A DNA stretch of 64,000 bases from Bryobacterales bacterium (GTDB lineage Bacteria; Acidobacteriota; Terriglobia; Bryobacterales; UBA6623): contig CBDFIU010000004.1 in NCBI GenBank assembly GCA_965248235.1, positions 1,275,330-1,339,329 of the forward strand. The letters run 5' to 3'. The number at the start of each line of letters is the position of its first letter. Position 1 is the stretch's first letter. The position numbers were made by a program, and so were the translations under genes. The notes under the pieces are model-generated. The model did no database searches and was not told the DNA's origin. It saw only the letters and a list, made by a program, of their open reading frames with translations. This document shows positions 33,240-43,186 of this stretch, piece after piece.

Positions 33240-33746
33240 TCAGGCGCTGGGTTTGACGGCGAACAGTTTCTCGCCGTATTCGACAGGCTGGCCATTGGAA
33301 ACGAATCGCTTGATCACGACGCCGCCGACTTCAGCTTCGATTTCGTTCATCAGCTTCATCGCCTCGATAATGCAAAGAACCTGTCCTGCCTTGACGATAT
33401 CGCCAACCTCGACGAAAGCCGATGCGTCGGGCGATGGCGATTCGTAGAAAGTTCCCACAATGGGCGAGGTGACGACCTCGGCGTCCTGATCATCGTCGGC
33501 CGCGGAATCCGCTGCCGGCGCGGAAGGGGGAATGACCGGCTGTTCAAGCGGGGCGGGTAAGGCCGCCGGGGCGGCTTCCCGCGACCCCAGGGCGGGATTA
33601 GACATGACGACATACGGCGTCGCCGCGTCTTCATTGCGGGGATCGCGTCGAATGCGGACGGTGCCCTCTTTCGACTCGACCTCGAGTTCGGCGATATCAC
33701 CCTCGGTCACCGCCTCGATCAATGCTTTGATTTTTCTCAGATCCAT
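33240..33746 (-). CDS. accB: Biotin carboxyl carrier protein
   Basis: [20 protein letters not shown] biotinylation motif. Confidence 0.96.
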   Translation of the reverse strand: MDLRKIKALIEAVTEGDIAELEVESKEGTVRIRRDPRNEDAATPYVVMSNPALGSREAAPAALPAPLEQPVIPPSAPAADSAADDDQDAEVVTSPIVGTFYESPSPDASAFVEVGDIVKAGQVLCIIEAMKLMNEIEAEVGGVVIKRFVSNGQPVEYGEKLFAVKPSA

Positions 33747-33799
33747 GGTTTAGCGCGCCGCGAACGAATCGATCAATGAACGCTCGGCTCGGGAGAAGA

Positions 33800-34909
33800 T
33801 CACAGGACGCGCAGTTGCCGCGAAGTTTTCGTCAATACTCGGCAACCGGTCGGCGTCACAGCCACAACATCCTCGATGCGAACGCCTCCCACATCTTCCA
33901 GATAGGCGCCGGGTTCGATCGTAATCACCATTCCGGTCACCAACCGCGCCTCTTCGGCGGGACCGACCCGCGGCGGCTCGTGTATTTCCAAGCCCAAGCC
34001 GTGGCCGGTGGAATGCGGAAAAGCCTTTTCCAGCTTAAACTTTCGCAGAACCCGACGCGCCTCGCGATCGACCGTTCGGGCCTTGACACCAGCCTTGACC
34101 GCAGCCGCAGCGGCGGCCTGAGCCTCCCGAACAGCCCGATGCAGTTCTCTGAACCGGGCACCAGGCTCTCCAAAACAAACCATACGAGTCATGTCACTCG
34201 TATAACCATCGAGTATAGCACCCTGATCGACGACGATCGGCGCATTTCGGCGCAGATGATGCTTTCCAGGTGTTGCGTGAGGCAGTGCGGAGCGTGGACC
34301 ACTTGCGACAATTGTGTCGAAAGCCTTGCCTGTTGCGCCTAAAGAGGACATTTCGTACTCGATCTCCGCGGCCATGTGCGATTCACTCCATTCCGGCCGC
34401 GCTCGTCGGCACACATTGTCGAACGCCTTCGAATTAAGCACTACGGAGCGCCGAATTCTCTCCACTTCATCGGGACTCTTGATGGCGCGTTGCGCCTCGA
34501 CCAGCTGTGTCAGAGGGCTCAAACGGCATCCGCGGAGGTTTTCTCGAAGATACTGGTACTCAGCGAAGGAAAGCCGGTTGCGTTCAAAGCCCAGACGCCG
34601 TATCTTGCGGCGCTTGAGATCCTTGATGACGCCGGAAAGAAATCCCTCACTGAACACTTGAATGTCCACATCAGCGGCCTGCTGTCGAGCCTGGATCGCA
34701 TAGCGGCCGTCCGTGTAGAGCACGGTTGCCTCGGGAGCGATGAGAACGATACCGTTGCTTCCGTGAAACCCCGTCAGGTAGCGGATATTCGAGAGGCCGG
34801 AGACGAAGAAATACTCCTGGTCCTCGGAGGCGAGCAACTTACGCAAGCGGGCTCGACGTCCCGGATAGGGACTTTTCCCCCGTTTTTTGGTCGTTGCCGC
34901 CGTGCTCAT
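33800..34909 (-). CDS. Xaa-Pro aminopeptidase (M24)
   Basis: NIRYLTGF, DGRY, SALPH, DQG...GY.SDMTR, HSTGHGLGLEIHE, TIEPG.Y, GVRIED. Confidence 0.93.
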   Translation of the reverse strand: MSTAATTKKRGKSPYPGRRARLRKLLASEDQEYFFVSGLSNIRYLTGFHGSNGIVLIAPEATVLYTDGRYAIQARQQAADVDIQVFSEGFLSGVIKDLKRRKIRRLGFERNRLSFAEYQYLRENLRGCRLSPLTQLVEAQRAIKSPDEVERIRRSVVLNSKAFDNVCRRARPEWSESHMAAEIEYEMSSLGATGKAFDTIVASGPRSALPHATPGKHHLRRNAPIVVDQGAILDGYTSDMTRMVCFGEPGARFRELHRAVREAQAAAAAAVKAGVKARTVDREARRVLRKFKLEKAFPHSTGHGLGLEIHEPPRVGPAEEARLVTGMVITIEPGAYLEDVGGVRIEDVVAVTPTGCRVLTKTSRQLRVL

Positions 34910-35685
34910 TGGCCGCTTTTCGATACTTGGATATCCAATCCGCCCGAGTGCGGGAACAAGAGCAAATTGGGGAAGCTCGTGACGTCGAGCACAAGCCGCG
35001 CGACCCAGGGATCTTGTTTGAATTGCCCCACTCGAATCCGTCTCACCAAGGCGTGATCGACGTTCTCAACGAGGCTCGAACGTGGCAAGCCGACACGCGC
35101 ATTGGCAACGTCGATCACGATGCGTTTCGGGTTGTCGAGTTGAAACTTGTTGTAGGAGGGTCGACCGCTCAGAGCCACGGTCATTTTGAGATCCCCGCCG
35201 CGGTTGGAGATTTTGAGATCGCTCAACCGCAACGGCGAAGAAGCCGAACCGGACGAGGCCTGGTCGGTTGGGGAGGGCCTAGCCTGGGCCGGTCGCTTCG
35301 CAACGGCGGCGGCGCGCTCAGCCGGAGGCGATGCGGCGGGTTCGGCAGGGGCCGACGCCGGAGCAGCAGGGGCCGCCGTGCCGCCGTTTGACGCTTCGCC
35401 CGCGCCGTCGGGGGCGGCCTCGGCCGGTTCGGCGACATCGGCCGCATCGGCGGAGAGATCGTCCGGGGCGACGGCACCCGCCGGCGAAGCCCGCTCCGGG
35501 TCATCCCGGCCCACCTGTCCGTCGAAATAGAAGTACATCGCCGTTGCGCCGCCGGCCAGCAGCAATCCGCCCAGCGTCGCTTCATATCCGGAAATAAACA
35601 ACGTCCGCTTCTTGGGCTTACGGCCGGGCTTGGTAGCGTCGGGAACCGCGGAAATACGCGGCCGCAATAGGTTGACTCGAATCAT
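34906..35685 (-). CDS. Bitopic protein: PilN-like VNLL N-terminus, TM, Ala/Pro linker, AMIN domain
   Basis: MIRVNLL start, one TM, long A/P-rich linker, then F.LDNPKRIVIDV...IRVGQF...RLVLD (AMIN); ATGA overlap with pilM. Confidence 0.8.
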   Translation of the reverse strand: MIRVNLLRPRISAVPDATKPGRKPKKRTLFISGYEATLGGLLLAGGATAMYFYFDGQVGRDDPERASPAGAVAPDDLSADAADVAEPAEAAPDGAGEASNGGTAAPAAPASAPAEPAASPPAERAAAVAKRPAQARPSPTDQASSGSASSPLRLSDLKISNRGGDLKMTVALSGRPSYNKFQLDNPKRIVIDVANARVGLPRSSLVENVDHALVRRIRVGQFKQDPWVARLVLDVTSFPNLLLFPHSGGLDIQVSKSGQ

Positions 35686-36704
35686 AAGTCTTCGAAACCA
35701 CGCAAGGCGAGACCGACAGCGACCGCGCAACCGGCCCGATGCTCCTCGGCGATCCCTATCGCCTCGCTTTCGGCCGGCAAATCAATTTCCCGAAAGGGAT
35801 CAAATAGGGCTGCTTGAACCTCAAACCGCTCGCTGATCGCATCGACAACTTCATGGCGGGCGCGGCCGCCGGAAACCCAGATCGACTCCACGCCGTCCAT
35901 TTGCGTTTGTTCGCTCAGCACATCCCACAGTCGATGAGCTTCCGAGGAAATCCAGGGAGCTTCGTGCCCGTCTTGGGATCCTCTGTCGTGCATACGGGCC
36001 GTCCGCGAGCAAAACAGCACGTCGCCGCGCGCCAAACAGGCGTTGAGCGTTCCGGCCCCGGCGTGCAATAGGAGCGTCCCCGCGTCTTTCCGGGGCTTGT
36101 TGTTCACCGCGAAAGCATTTGTTAACGCACAGGCCTCGGCATCGACTACTTCCGCCGTCTTGCCCGCGAAATCAATCACCTCACGTACCCACTCGACTTG
36201 CTCGGTCGGCACGCAGACCCACAACAGCTCGTCCCCATCCGGACCGGAGATGAAGTCGTAGTCGAGTGTCGCGGTCTTCAGCGCATAGGGCGTCACGCTT
36301 TCCACTTCGCTCCGAACCGCCGACTCGATCTCCTCGGCGGAATGAGCAGTCGGGCGGTAAGATTGGCAAAAGACCCTGTCTCCACTCACCGCCACGGCGG
36401 CGCGAGAGGTTTTGATGTCGTGAGCCGACCAGATGGTTTCCAGCTGTTCGGCCACCGCCAAGCCGTTGGTAAACTCCCCGGCCGTGGTGGCCTCGGGAGC
36501 GGTGGGAAACAAGGCCGCCTTTTCGAGAGAGATCGCTCCTTCGGCTCGGCGAAGAACGATCACTTTCGTCCTCTTGGAGCCGATATCCACGCCGACCATG
36601 GACCCGTCGGAAGCGCCTGACTTACCGCGAATTCGCTGCCACCAGCCCGCGCGCGGAGCGCCGGCCTTCCCGCCGTTCGTCGATCCAAGCAATGACTGCG
36701 CCAC
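35682..36704 (-). CDS. pilM: Divergent PilM-like actin-fold protein
   Basis: VGVDIGS..KV, PY..A.LDY, AG....VVD.E..AL.N, SGG, DPF..I, AVAVGLALR; phosphate-2 reads LLHAGA. Confidence 0.78.
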   Translation of the reverse strand: MAQSLLGSTNGGKAGAPRAGWWQRIRGKSGASDGSMVGVDIGSKRTKVIVLRRAEGAISLEKAALFPTAPEATTAGEFTNGLAVAEQLETIWSAHDIKTSRAAVAVSGDRVFCQSYRPTAHSAEEIESAVRSEVESVTPYALKTATLDYDFISGPDGDELLWVCVPTEQVEWVREVIDFAGKTAEVVDAEACALTNAFAVNNKPRKDAGTLLLHAGAGTLNACLARGDVLFCSRTARMHDRGSQDGHEAPWISSEAHRLWDVLSEQTQMDGVESIWVSGGRARHEVVDAISERFEVQAALFDPFREIDLPAESEAIGIAEEHRAGCAVAVGLALRGFEDL

Positions 36705-36765
36705 GATAGTCTTTCTCGGTGAATCTCCACCCTAAGATCAGAACGCCCCTAACAAAAGCTGCTCA

Positions 36766-37389
36766 CTACGGCAGGCTCGCGGCCAGGTCTCTCGCCAACA
36801 ACACGGCACGACCGGCCAAGTTGCGCGCCAAAGCCGGGTCGCGCGATCGCGCCTCGTCGGCTTGCCGTAAGAACTCTCGAATCCGGCGCACGGCATTAAT
36901 CTGTTCCGCCGTCAAGTCACCGCCGACGATTCTCGCCACGATACGTCTCGCGGCATCCAAATCCCCGCCAATCAGACGATTCCGTTCTCTGCGCTGTTCC
37001 CGTGTCAAGACGGGTCCCAGCCGCGGCAGCACTCCGAGAGACGTCGTTACCTTAGGCGCCCCGCCGCCTTCATCGGCCCCCTGGTCGGCCGAGGTCTTCT
37101 CCCGAAGGGGCTCAGTCTCGGCGCCCTTCGGTAAGCGCCCCGCTTCGCCCGCCAGCGGCTCGGGCCCCTCAGGCACGGCCTCGACCGAAAGCGGCGCGGC
37201 GGCCGGCAGCGGCCCCGAGTTTTGGGTCTCCACAACCGAACCGACAGACCGGCTCGGCGCCGGCGCCGCGGCTTCCACGACGGGTTCGGGCGCGGGAGGC
37301 GTAGCGACCGTCTTCGTTCCGCAGCCGACTCCGCTCAACGTAAGGAAAACGGCGGCGACCGCTCCTGCCGCGGACCGTTCGCGGATCAT
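36766..37389 (-). CDS. Hypothetical lipoprotein, Pro-rich linker and helical C-terminus
   Basis: Hydrophobic stretch ending GVGC; ATGA overlap with the kinase stop. Confidence 0.65.
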   Translation of the reverse strand: MIRERSAAGAVAAVFLTLSGVGCGTKTVATPPAPEPVVEAAAPAPSRSVGSVVETQNSGPLPAAAPLSVEAVPEGPEPLAGEAGRLPKGAETEPLREKTSADQGADEGGGAPKVTTSLGVLPRLGPVLTREQRRERNRLIGGDLDAARRIVARIVGGDLTAEQINAVRRIREFLRQADEARSRDPALARNLAGRAVLLARDLAASLP

Positions 37390-39275
37390 GGGTCGATTCC
37401 CCGTTCGCTCGCCGCTTGCTCCTCCGATGCCGTCGAAAACCTCAGTTGGAACTCGGTTCCCTTGCCCGGCCAAGTTTCGAACCCAATTGTACCACCGTGC
37501 AATTGGACAACCCGAAACGTCATCGCCAACCCGATACCCGATCCCTGCCCCTTGGTCGTGAAATATAGGTTGTAGATCTTGTCGCGGATATCCTCGGGAA
37601 TCCCGTCCCCGTGGTCTCGAATGGCAACTTGCGGACCCTCCTGGGTCGACGTCGTCGAAATTTCCAACCGGCCGCCCTCGGGCATGGCGTCCACGCCGTT
37701 CACGACAACATTGAGAAGAGCTTGAGTCAGCAGATCCTTATCACCCCGAATCCACGCCGGCGAGTCGTCGCGACTGGCTTGGATGCTCACCCGGCGACGC
37801 TCGGCGTCGGGAACAACCAAAGCCGCTACGTCGTCGACCAGTTCCGCCAGATCCATTCGAACCATCGTCGGCTCGACGGGTCGCGTAAAGTCCAAAAAAC
37901 TCTTGACGACGCGGTCGAGTCGAGTGATTTCCCGCGAGATGACCTCGATCTCGCCTTCGGTCTCCACGCCCGCGCCCTCGAGCTTCGTCTTCAGCACTTC
38001 CAAATGAAGCGCAATCGAGTTCAAAGGATTCTTGATTTCGTGAGCGGCCCCGCTGGTGAGGCGACTGATCGAGGCCAGCCGCGACGCCACATCCAACCGC
38101 GACTCGATCTGCCTCCGCGGTCCGGCGTCCCGCAGCGTCACCATCGTGCCGCGCCGTTCATGTGTCACAAAGTCCTCGACCACTTCCACGTTGACGACCA
38201 TTTGGACGGTCGCCGAGTCGGGCCGATCGTACGTCACCACCCGATCGGTCACCGTCTGATTGAGCCGAACCGCGCTTTGGACGAGTGCGCCCAAATCGGA
38301 GGAGGCGGAAAACACTTCGTCGACCGAAGAACCCATCCATTCCCAACGACCGCCCAATAAACGCTGCGCCGCGCGGCCGGCCATCAATAAATTGTCGTCG
38401 GGACCGAACAGCAACACGGCTTCCTCGAGCCGATCGAGCAGCCGATCGACATTGGCTTGCAATTGTTCGCGGTCCGCTCGCTCCCCGCGAAACTGTTCGC
38501 CCAAGACGCTCAGCTTTGACTCGACCGCCGACACTTCACTCGATTCGCCGCTGTGTCGCTGCTTTTCGGCGGCCGGCTCGCCGCGGCTTATTCGGTCGAT
38601 CACGTCGCCGATCCGCGCCAAGGGCCGAAAAGCGATCTTCGCGGCCACCATCGCCAGCAGCACCGAAAATACTAAGGAAATGGCGGAAACCAGCGCCAGG
38701 GTCCGCAGACTCGGCAGAATCTCCGCCCGCATCAACACCGACGAGAGCACCACGCGAACCGCGAAGATCGCCTCCTCTTCCCCGGTGATTCCGAGCGGTT
38801 TCGTCACTTCGTAATCACGACTCGCCCCCAGAACGTCTTCAAGCTTGCGCCACCAGGGCTGTCCGGTGAACTCCTCCAGACTCGGCCGCGCACGAACCTT
38901 CTGGCCCTTGCGGGATGGGATCGACGCCGACAGCACTCGATCGCCGGCCCCGCTGACCAACACCTCGACCATGGCAGGCGAGTTACCGGTCAGCTTTTGC
39001 AGCAGGACGGCCAAACCGTCATCTTGCTCGACAATCTCAACCCAAACCCGCTTGACCTCCTCGAGCGTCGTCGGCGGCGGGTCGCGCCGTCTCGTCTGCT
39101 CATCGACAATTTGGAGGATGAAGCTTTCGACCTGTGTCGCCCCGATCGAGGCCAAATTGAAGGAGTCTTCAAAGCGCGCTTCCACCACGCTTCGAATGTG
39201 GAGGATCGAAAGTGCGACGACCACGATCACGACCAGCGCAATGATCGAAAAACGGAGCCGATTCTTTACAGACAT
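37386..39275 (-). CDS. Sensor histidine kinase (periplasmic domain, HAMP, PAS-like, HisKA, HATPase)
   Basis: AHEIKNPL, NVVVNG, DHGDGI, YFTTK.GSGIGL; two TMs. Confidence 0.93.
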   Translation of the reverse strand: MSVKNRLRFSIIALVVIVVVALSILHIRSVVEARFEDSFNLASIGATQVESFILQIVDEQTRRRDPPPTTLEEVKRVWVEIVEQDDGLAVLLQKLTGNSPAMVEVLVSGAGDRVLSASIPSRKGQKVRARPSLEEFTGQPWWRKLEDVLGASRDYEVTKPLGITGEEEAIFAVRVVLSSVLMRAEILPSLRTLALVSAISLVFSVLLAMVAAKIAFRPLARIGDVIDRISRGEPAAEKQRHSGESSEVSAVESKLSVLGEQFRGERADREQLQANVDRLLDRLEEAVLLFGPDDNLLMAGRAAQRLLGGRWEWMGSSVDEVFSASSDLGALVQSAVRLNQTVTDRVVTYDRPDSATVQMVVNVEVVEDFVTHERRGTMVTLRDAGPRRQIESRLDVASRLASISRLTSGAAHEIKNPLNSIALHLEVLKTKLEGAGVETEGEIEVISREITRLDRVVKSFLDFTRPVEPTMVRMDLAELVDDVAALVVPDAERRRVSIQASRDDSPAWIRGDKDLLTQALLNVVVNGVDAMPEGGRLEISTTSTQEGPQVAIRDHGDGIPEDIRDKIYNLYFTTKGQGSGIGLAMTFRVVQLHGGTIGFETWPGKGTEFQLRFSTASEEQAASERGIDP

Positions 39276-39350
39276 GGCTTCGGGCTTGACCTACTAACGC
39301 GATCGAAAAACGGGCCGCTTCGCGGAGAGCGGCGCCGCGCCGCTCGGGCG

Positions 39351-40766
39351 CTACGCTTCCGGTTCCGACTCCCACGAACTATATTCCTTCAGCTTGTTGT
39401 GCAGCGTCTTGAGGCTGACCGAAAGGATTTGCGCCGCTCGCGTCTTATTGTTGTCGGTGTGATCGAGAGTCTTCAAGATCAGCGCTTTCTCGGCCTCGCG
39501 CACGGTTGTTCCCACCGGCAGCATGACGGCGTTCGGGTCCGCCGCGGCCCGCGCCGCTTCGGGCCTCTGCCCGGGCGCTAAGCCGCCCACCAGATGCGAC
39601 GGCAGGATCGTGCCCTCCCCCGCCAGGATGACCGCCCGCTCGAGCACATTACGAAGTTCCCGCACATTGCCCGGCCAGTTGTAGCGCCGAAATCGTTCCA
39701 CGACTTCGGGGTGTAGATCGACTACCTTACAGTCGTGTTTTTTGTTTAAGGTTTGGACGAGGGTTTCACTGATAACCAGCAGGTCATCCATATGTTCCCG
39801 TAGTGGAGGAAGCGGAATATGAAAAACGTTGAGGCGATAGTAGAGGTCTTCGCGCAGCGACCCTTCGGCGAGCGCCTTGTCCATATTCTTGTTGGTCGCC
39901 GCGATCACGCGAACGTCGACTTCGATCTCCCGCGCGCCGCCCAGACGCCGCACGCGCGAGTCTTCGAGTACGCGCAACAACTTGGCCTGAGTCCCGATCG
40001 GCATGTCGCCGATTTCGTCCAGCAGAAGGGTGCCGCCGTCGGCCATTTCGAAACAGCCCGCCCGGCGCTGCACGGCTCCCGTGAATGCGCCCTTTTCGTG
40101 CCCGAAAAGCTCGCTCTCCATCAGTGTCTCCGGCATGGCGGCGCTATTGATGGCGACAAACGGCCCACCGCGCCGAGGGCTGAGATCATGGACGGCTCGG
40201 GCGACTAACTCCTTCCCGGTGCCGCTCTCTCCGGTGACCAACACGGCGGCGCTCGACGGGGCGACTTGGCGCGTCATCGAGAAAACTTCCCGCATCGGAG
40301 CCGACGTACCGGCCAAGCCGTCGAGCAATCCTTGGTAGCTCAATTGGCGGTGCAGCAGGTCGGTTTCCTCGGTGAGCTTGCCCTGCGACGCGGCGCGTTC
40401 GAGCAGCACCTTTAGCGCCGTCGGTTGAATCGGTTTTTCGAGGAACCAAAACGCACCCAGGTCATGGACCGTCTTGATGGCGTTCTCCATGCTCCCGAAA
40501 GCCGTCAACACGATCGAAGCCGGAGAATCCCCCTGCACGCTCAATTGCCGTAACAGCTCGAAACCGTCCATGCGCGGCATGTTGAGGTCGGTGACGAGCA
40601 CATGCGCCCGAAATTCGGCGAGCTTTTCCAGGGCATCGTGCCCATCGCAGGCGGTTTCGACGCTGAATCCCCACGACGACGCCAAACTGGCCAAGGCTCG
40701 TCGTTGATCTTCCTCGTCGTCGACGATCAGCACCCGCGCGGGGGCCGGTTGAGGACTCTCACTCAT
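39351..40766 (-). CDS. Sigma54-dependent NtrC-family response regulator
   Basis: VDDE and DLNMPRMDG receiver; GESGTGKE, GAFTGA, LLDEIG, WPGNVREL; Fis-type HTH. Confidence 0.96.
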   Translation of the reverse strand: MSESPQPAPARVLIVDDEEDQRRALASLASSWGFSVETACDGHDALEKLAEFRAHVLVTDLNMPRMDGFELLRQLSVQGDSPASIVLTAFGSMENAIKTVHDLGAFWFLEKPIQPTALKVLLERAASQGKLTEETDLLHRQLSYQGLLDGLAGTSAPMREVFSMTRQVAPSSAAVLVTGESGTGKELVARAVHDLSPRRGGPFVAINSAAMPETLMESELFGHEKGAFTGAVQRRAGCFEMADGGTLLLDEIGDMPIGTQAKLLRVLEDSRVRRLGGAREIEVDVRVIAATNKNMDKALAEGSLREDLYYRLNVFHIPLPPLREHMDDLLVISETLVQTLNKKHDCKVVDLHPEVVERFRRYNWPGNVRELRNVLERAVILAGEGTILPSHLVGGLAPGQRPEAARAAADPNAVMLPVGTTVREAEKALILKTLDHTDNNKTRAAQILSVSLKTLHNKLKEYSSWESEPEA

Positions 40767-40899
40767 GGCTTCCTATTCTATATGGGACGCGGGAAGGGGG
40801 GCTTGTGTTGCCTGCGTGTCGGCGGAAAAGCGGGCCAAGGTTTGTTTGGGTCTTCTTGGCGTCTGACTTCGGGTTACGGTTTGGCGGGGATCAGCGCAC

Positions 40900-41349
40900 T
40901 CAATCCGAAATTCCAAGAGCCTCTAGGTCGGCCCTATCTTGTGTACGGTCGGTCGCCTTCTTGTTTTTCACGAACGAATCGAGCCCAATGAACGAGACCG
41001 GAAGGCCGTCCAGATCGGACTCGATACGCGAGTCCCAAATCTCCGCGAATTCGACGCCGGTCAGCGACGTGATGAGATCAATGCGATGCGGTGGACGGCC
41101 GAGTTGGACGATATGGTTGGCTACGGCGAAATCAGCGGCGGCGATGCCCACTCGTCCGAAACCGCACGCTTGAAGCGCTGACTCGATCTTCTACGCATTC
41201 GCTTGGGAGCAGCGGACGAGGATGTCGAGATCACCCGTATTGCGTGGCCGCCCGTGAAAGGCCAAAGCGTAAGCCCCGACGATGACGTAGTCAACCTTGT
41301 GAGAGTTGAGTAACGCGATAAACTCTCTCAAATCTTTGTGAAGCTTCAT
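40900..41349 (-). pseudogene. Nucleotidyltransferase-fold protein with in-frame TAG at codon 53
   Basis: MKLHKDLREFIALLNSHKVDYVIVGAYALAFHGRPRNTGDLDILV...NA*KIE...RIDLIT...NKKA.DR.QD..D; stop at 41193-41191. Confidence 0.82.
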
Positions 41350-41485
41350 CGTTGGGATCGCGAGACTGTTCGATCAGCTCGAACAAGATATCCAAGCGCT
41401 GTTGGGGAGTCAGGGAAAGATAGTATTCCCTCGTCGCCTTTTCCTCTTCTTCAAACGAAGAGAAGACTTTCGCTCGCCGCTCCAT
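41291..41485 (-). CDS. Small antitoxin-like protein overlapping the nucleotidyltransferase gene
   Basis: 64 aa, acidic/helical (FEEEEKA...YYLSLTPQQRL); overlaps the NTase start by 59 nt; TAGACT 7 nt before ATG. Confidence 0.65.
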   Translation of the reverse strand: MERRAKVFSSFEEEEKATREYYLSLTPQQRLDILFELIEQSRDPNDEASQRFERVYRVTQLSQG

Positions 41486-41490
41486 AGTTC

Positions 41491-43089
41491 CTAGTCTAGC
41501 GGCCCCGCCCTTCGACTCGACTCCAGTAGCGCCTCTTGCTCGGGCGTGAAACGGCAGCGATCGGGAACCGCGTACAGCATCTCGCTCGTCCCACTTCCAT
41601 GGGTCGCCGTATCGAGCAGCACCGCGTTGTTGCGGGCGTCGAAGTTACACGGATCGGCACTCAACGCGCGCGCGAACGATTCCCTTGCGCCTTCAAGATT
41701 CCCCAACAAATAGAGCGCGGCACCGTAGTTCGCGAGAGCCTGAGGGTCGATCGGATCGGCATCGAGAACAGCTTGAAATTCACGGCGAGCGTCGGCGGCG
41801 CGGCCGGAGCGCAAATAGAACACTCCGATTTCGGTCGTTACATCGCTTGCGTCCGGCGCCAGACGGCGCGCCTCAAGCAACAGCCCCTTCCTCTGCTCCC
41901 ATACCGCGCGCCCGCCCGGCTCCAACGCCCGCGCCAATTGCAGTTTCGGACGAACTTTCCCGGGAGACTTCGCAACCGTATCGCGCCAGAGCGTTTCTTC
42001 GCTCCGCCAAAAGCGGGCGCGGTCGAAAGTGAGGCCGCCTAGGACGAGCGCCACCAACGGCAACAGAAACCGCGTCCGCCTCTTCAGCAGAAGTCCCGCC
42101 GCCAAGCTCAGGCTGAGCATCGGCAAATAGACGCGTCGTTCCGCGAACACATCCGCCAGCGGAACGATACTCGACGTCGGGGCGATCAAAATCAAGAACC
42201 CAACCGCCCAAAAGGCCGCCTCAAACTTGCGGGCGTAAAGCAGCGCGGCGCACGCCATCAAGATCAGCGCCGTCCCGGCCTCGACGGTTGCGCTCTCCAA
42301 GCCGGGGGAAACCGGAAAATCTCGGTCAAAGTTGAGGCCGATCGGCCAAGCGACGAGCCGCAAGTATTCCAAGATTACGCGCGGCTGGGTTAAGACATAT
42401 TCGCGGAGGGAAACCTCGGCAAGGTCAAAGCCAACGCCGGCGCCCTGGGTGACTTGGGCCGCGTAGGCGAGCCGGCCGCCGGCCGCCGCGACCAAGGCGA
42501 CCATCCACGCCAGGGGCTTCCGCAATGCCGCGAAATCCGCGAGGCTCTTGCCGTTGACAAAATATTCAACGCCGAGGAGAAAAATCGGGAACGCCGCGGC
42601 TTCCTCCTTGGCAAGCAAGCTGAGGGCGAACCAGCCGATAGCGACCGCGTACTTCTCGTCAACCCACGCTTTCCAACAAAGCAGACACAGCAACGTCGCC
42701 AGCAACGTCGCGCGCGCGAAGACGTAGGTGACCGCTTCGGTTTGAATCGGGTGCAAGGCGAAAATCAGCATCGCCGCAAGCGCGGCGCCTTCACCGACCA
42801 AGCGGCGGAAAACACTCCAGGCAACCCACACCGCCCCGAGGTGCAGTAACAGGTTCACAAGGTGGAAGCCAAGCGGCTCGCGTCCACCGAGTTGCAGGTT
42901 CAGCCAAAACGTGAAGCAGGTCAAAGGCCGCGTGCGTTCGAGCCGAAACACTTCCCACGATCCCGACCACTCGCTCAAAATCGGGTCACTGAACAGAGAA
43001 TAATCGTCGAGGTGAAACGAGGCCCACAGGCAGGGGCTCAGCGCGGCCGCGGCGGCAAGCAGGACGAGCAGTGGTCCTCGGGAAGGCAT
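41491..43089 (-). CDS. TMTC/PMT-like membrane glycosyltransferase with C-terminal TPRs
   Basis: FHLDD, RPL...F, FHLVNLLLH, FALHPIQTEAV.Y..R, AKE, AERR.YLP, W.SE.TLW, then TPRs. Confidence 0.82.
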   Translation of the reverse strand: MPSRGPLLVLLAAAAALSPCLWASFHLDDYSLFSDPILSEWSGSWEVFRLERTRPLTCFTFWLNLQLGGREPLGFHLVNLLLHLGAVWVAWSVFRRLVGEGAALAAMLIFALHPIQTEAVTYVFARATLLATLLCLLCWKAWVDEKYAVAIGWFALSLLAKEEAAAFPIFLLGVEYFVNGKSLADFAALRKPLAWMVALVAAAGGRLAYAAQVTQGAGVGFDLAEVSLREYVLTQPRVILEYLRLVAWPIGLNFDRDFPVSPGLESATVEAGTALILMACAALLYARKFEAAFWAVGFLILIAPTSSIVPLADVFAERRVYLPMLSLSLAAGLLLKRRTRFLLPLVALVLGGLTFDRARFWRSEETLWRDTVAKSPGKVRPKLQLARALEPGGRAVWEQRKGLLLEARRLAPDASDVTTEIGVFYLRSGRAADARREFQAVLDADPIDPQALANYGAALYLLGNLEGARESFARALSADPCNFDARNNAVLLDTATHGSGTSEMLYAVPDRCRFTPEQEALLESSRRAGPLD

Positions 43090-43186
43090 GCTATGATCGC
43101 TGTTTACCCTGGAAACGGCCGGGCAACCCGGTCACTGTACCACTCGGGCGAACAAAAACTCCCTGCCGGCCCCGCCCCGGCTCCTC

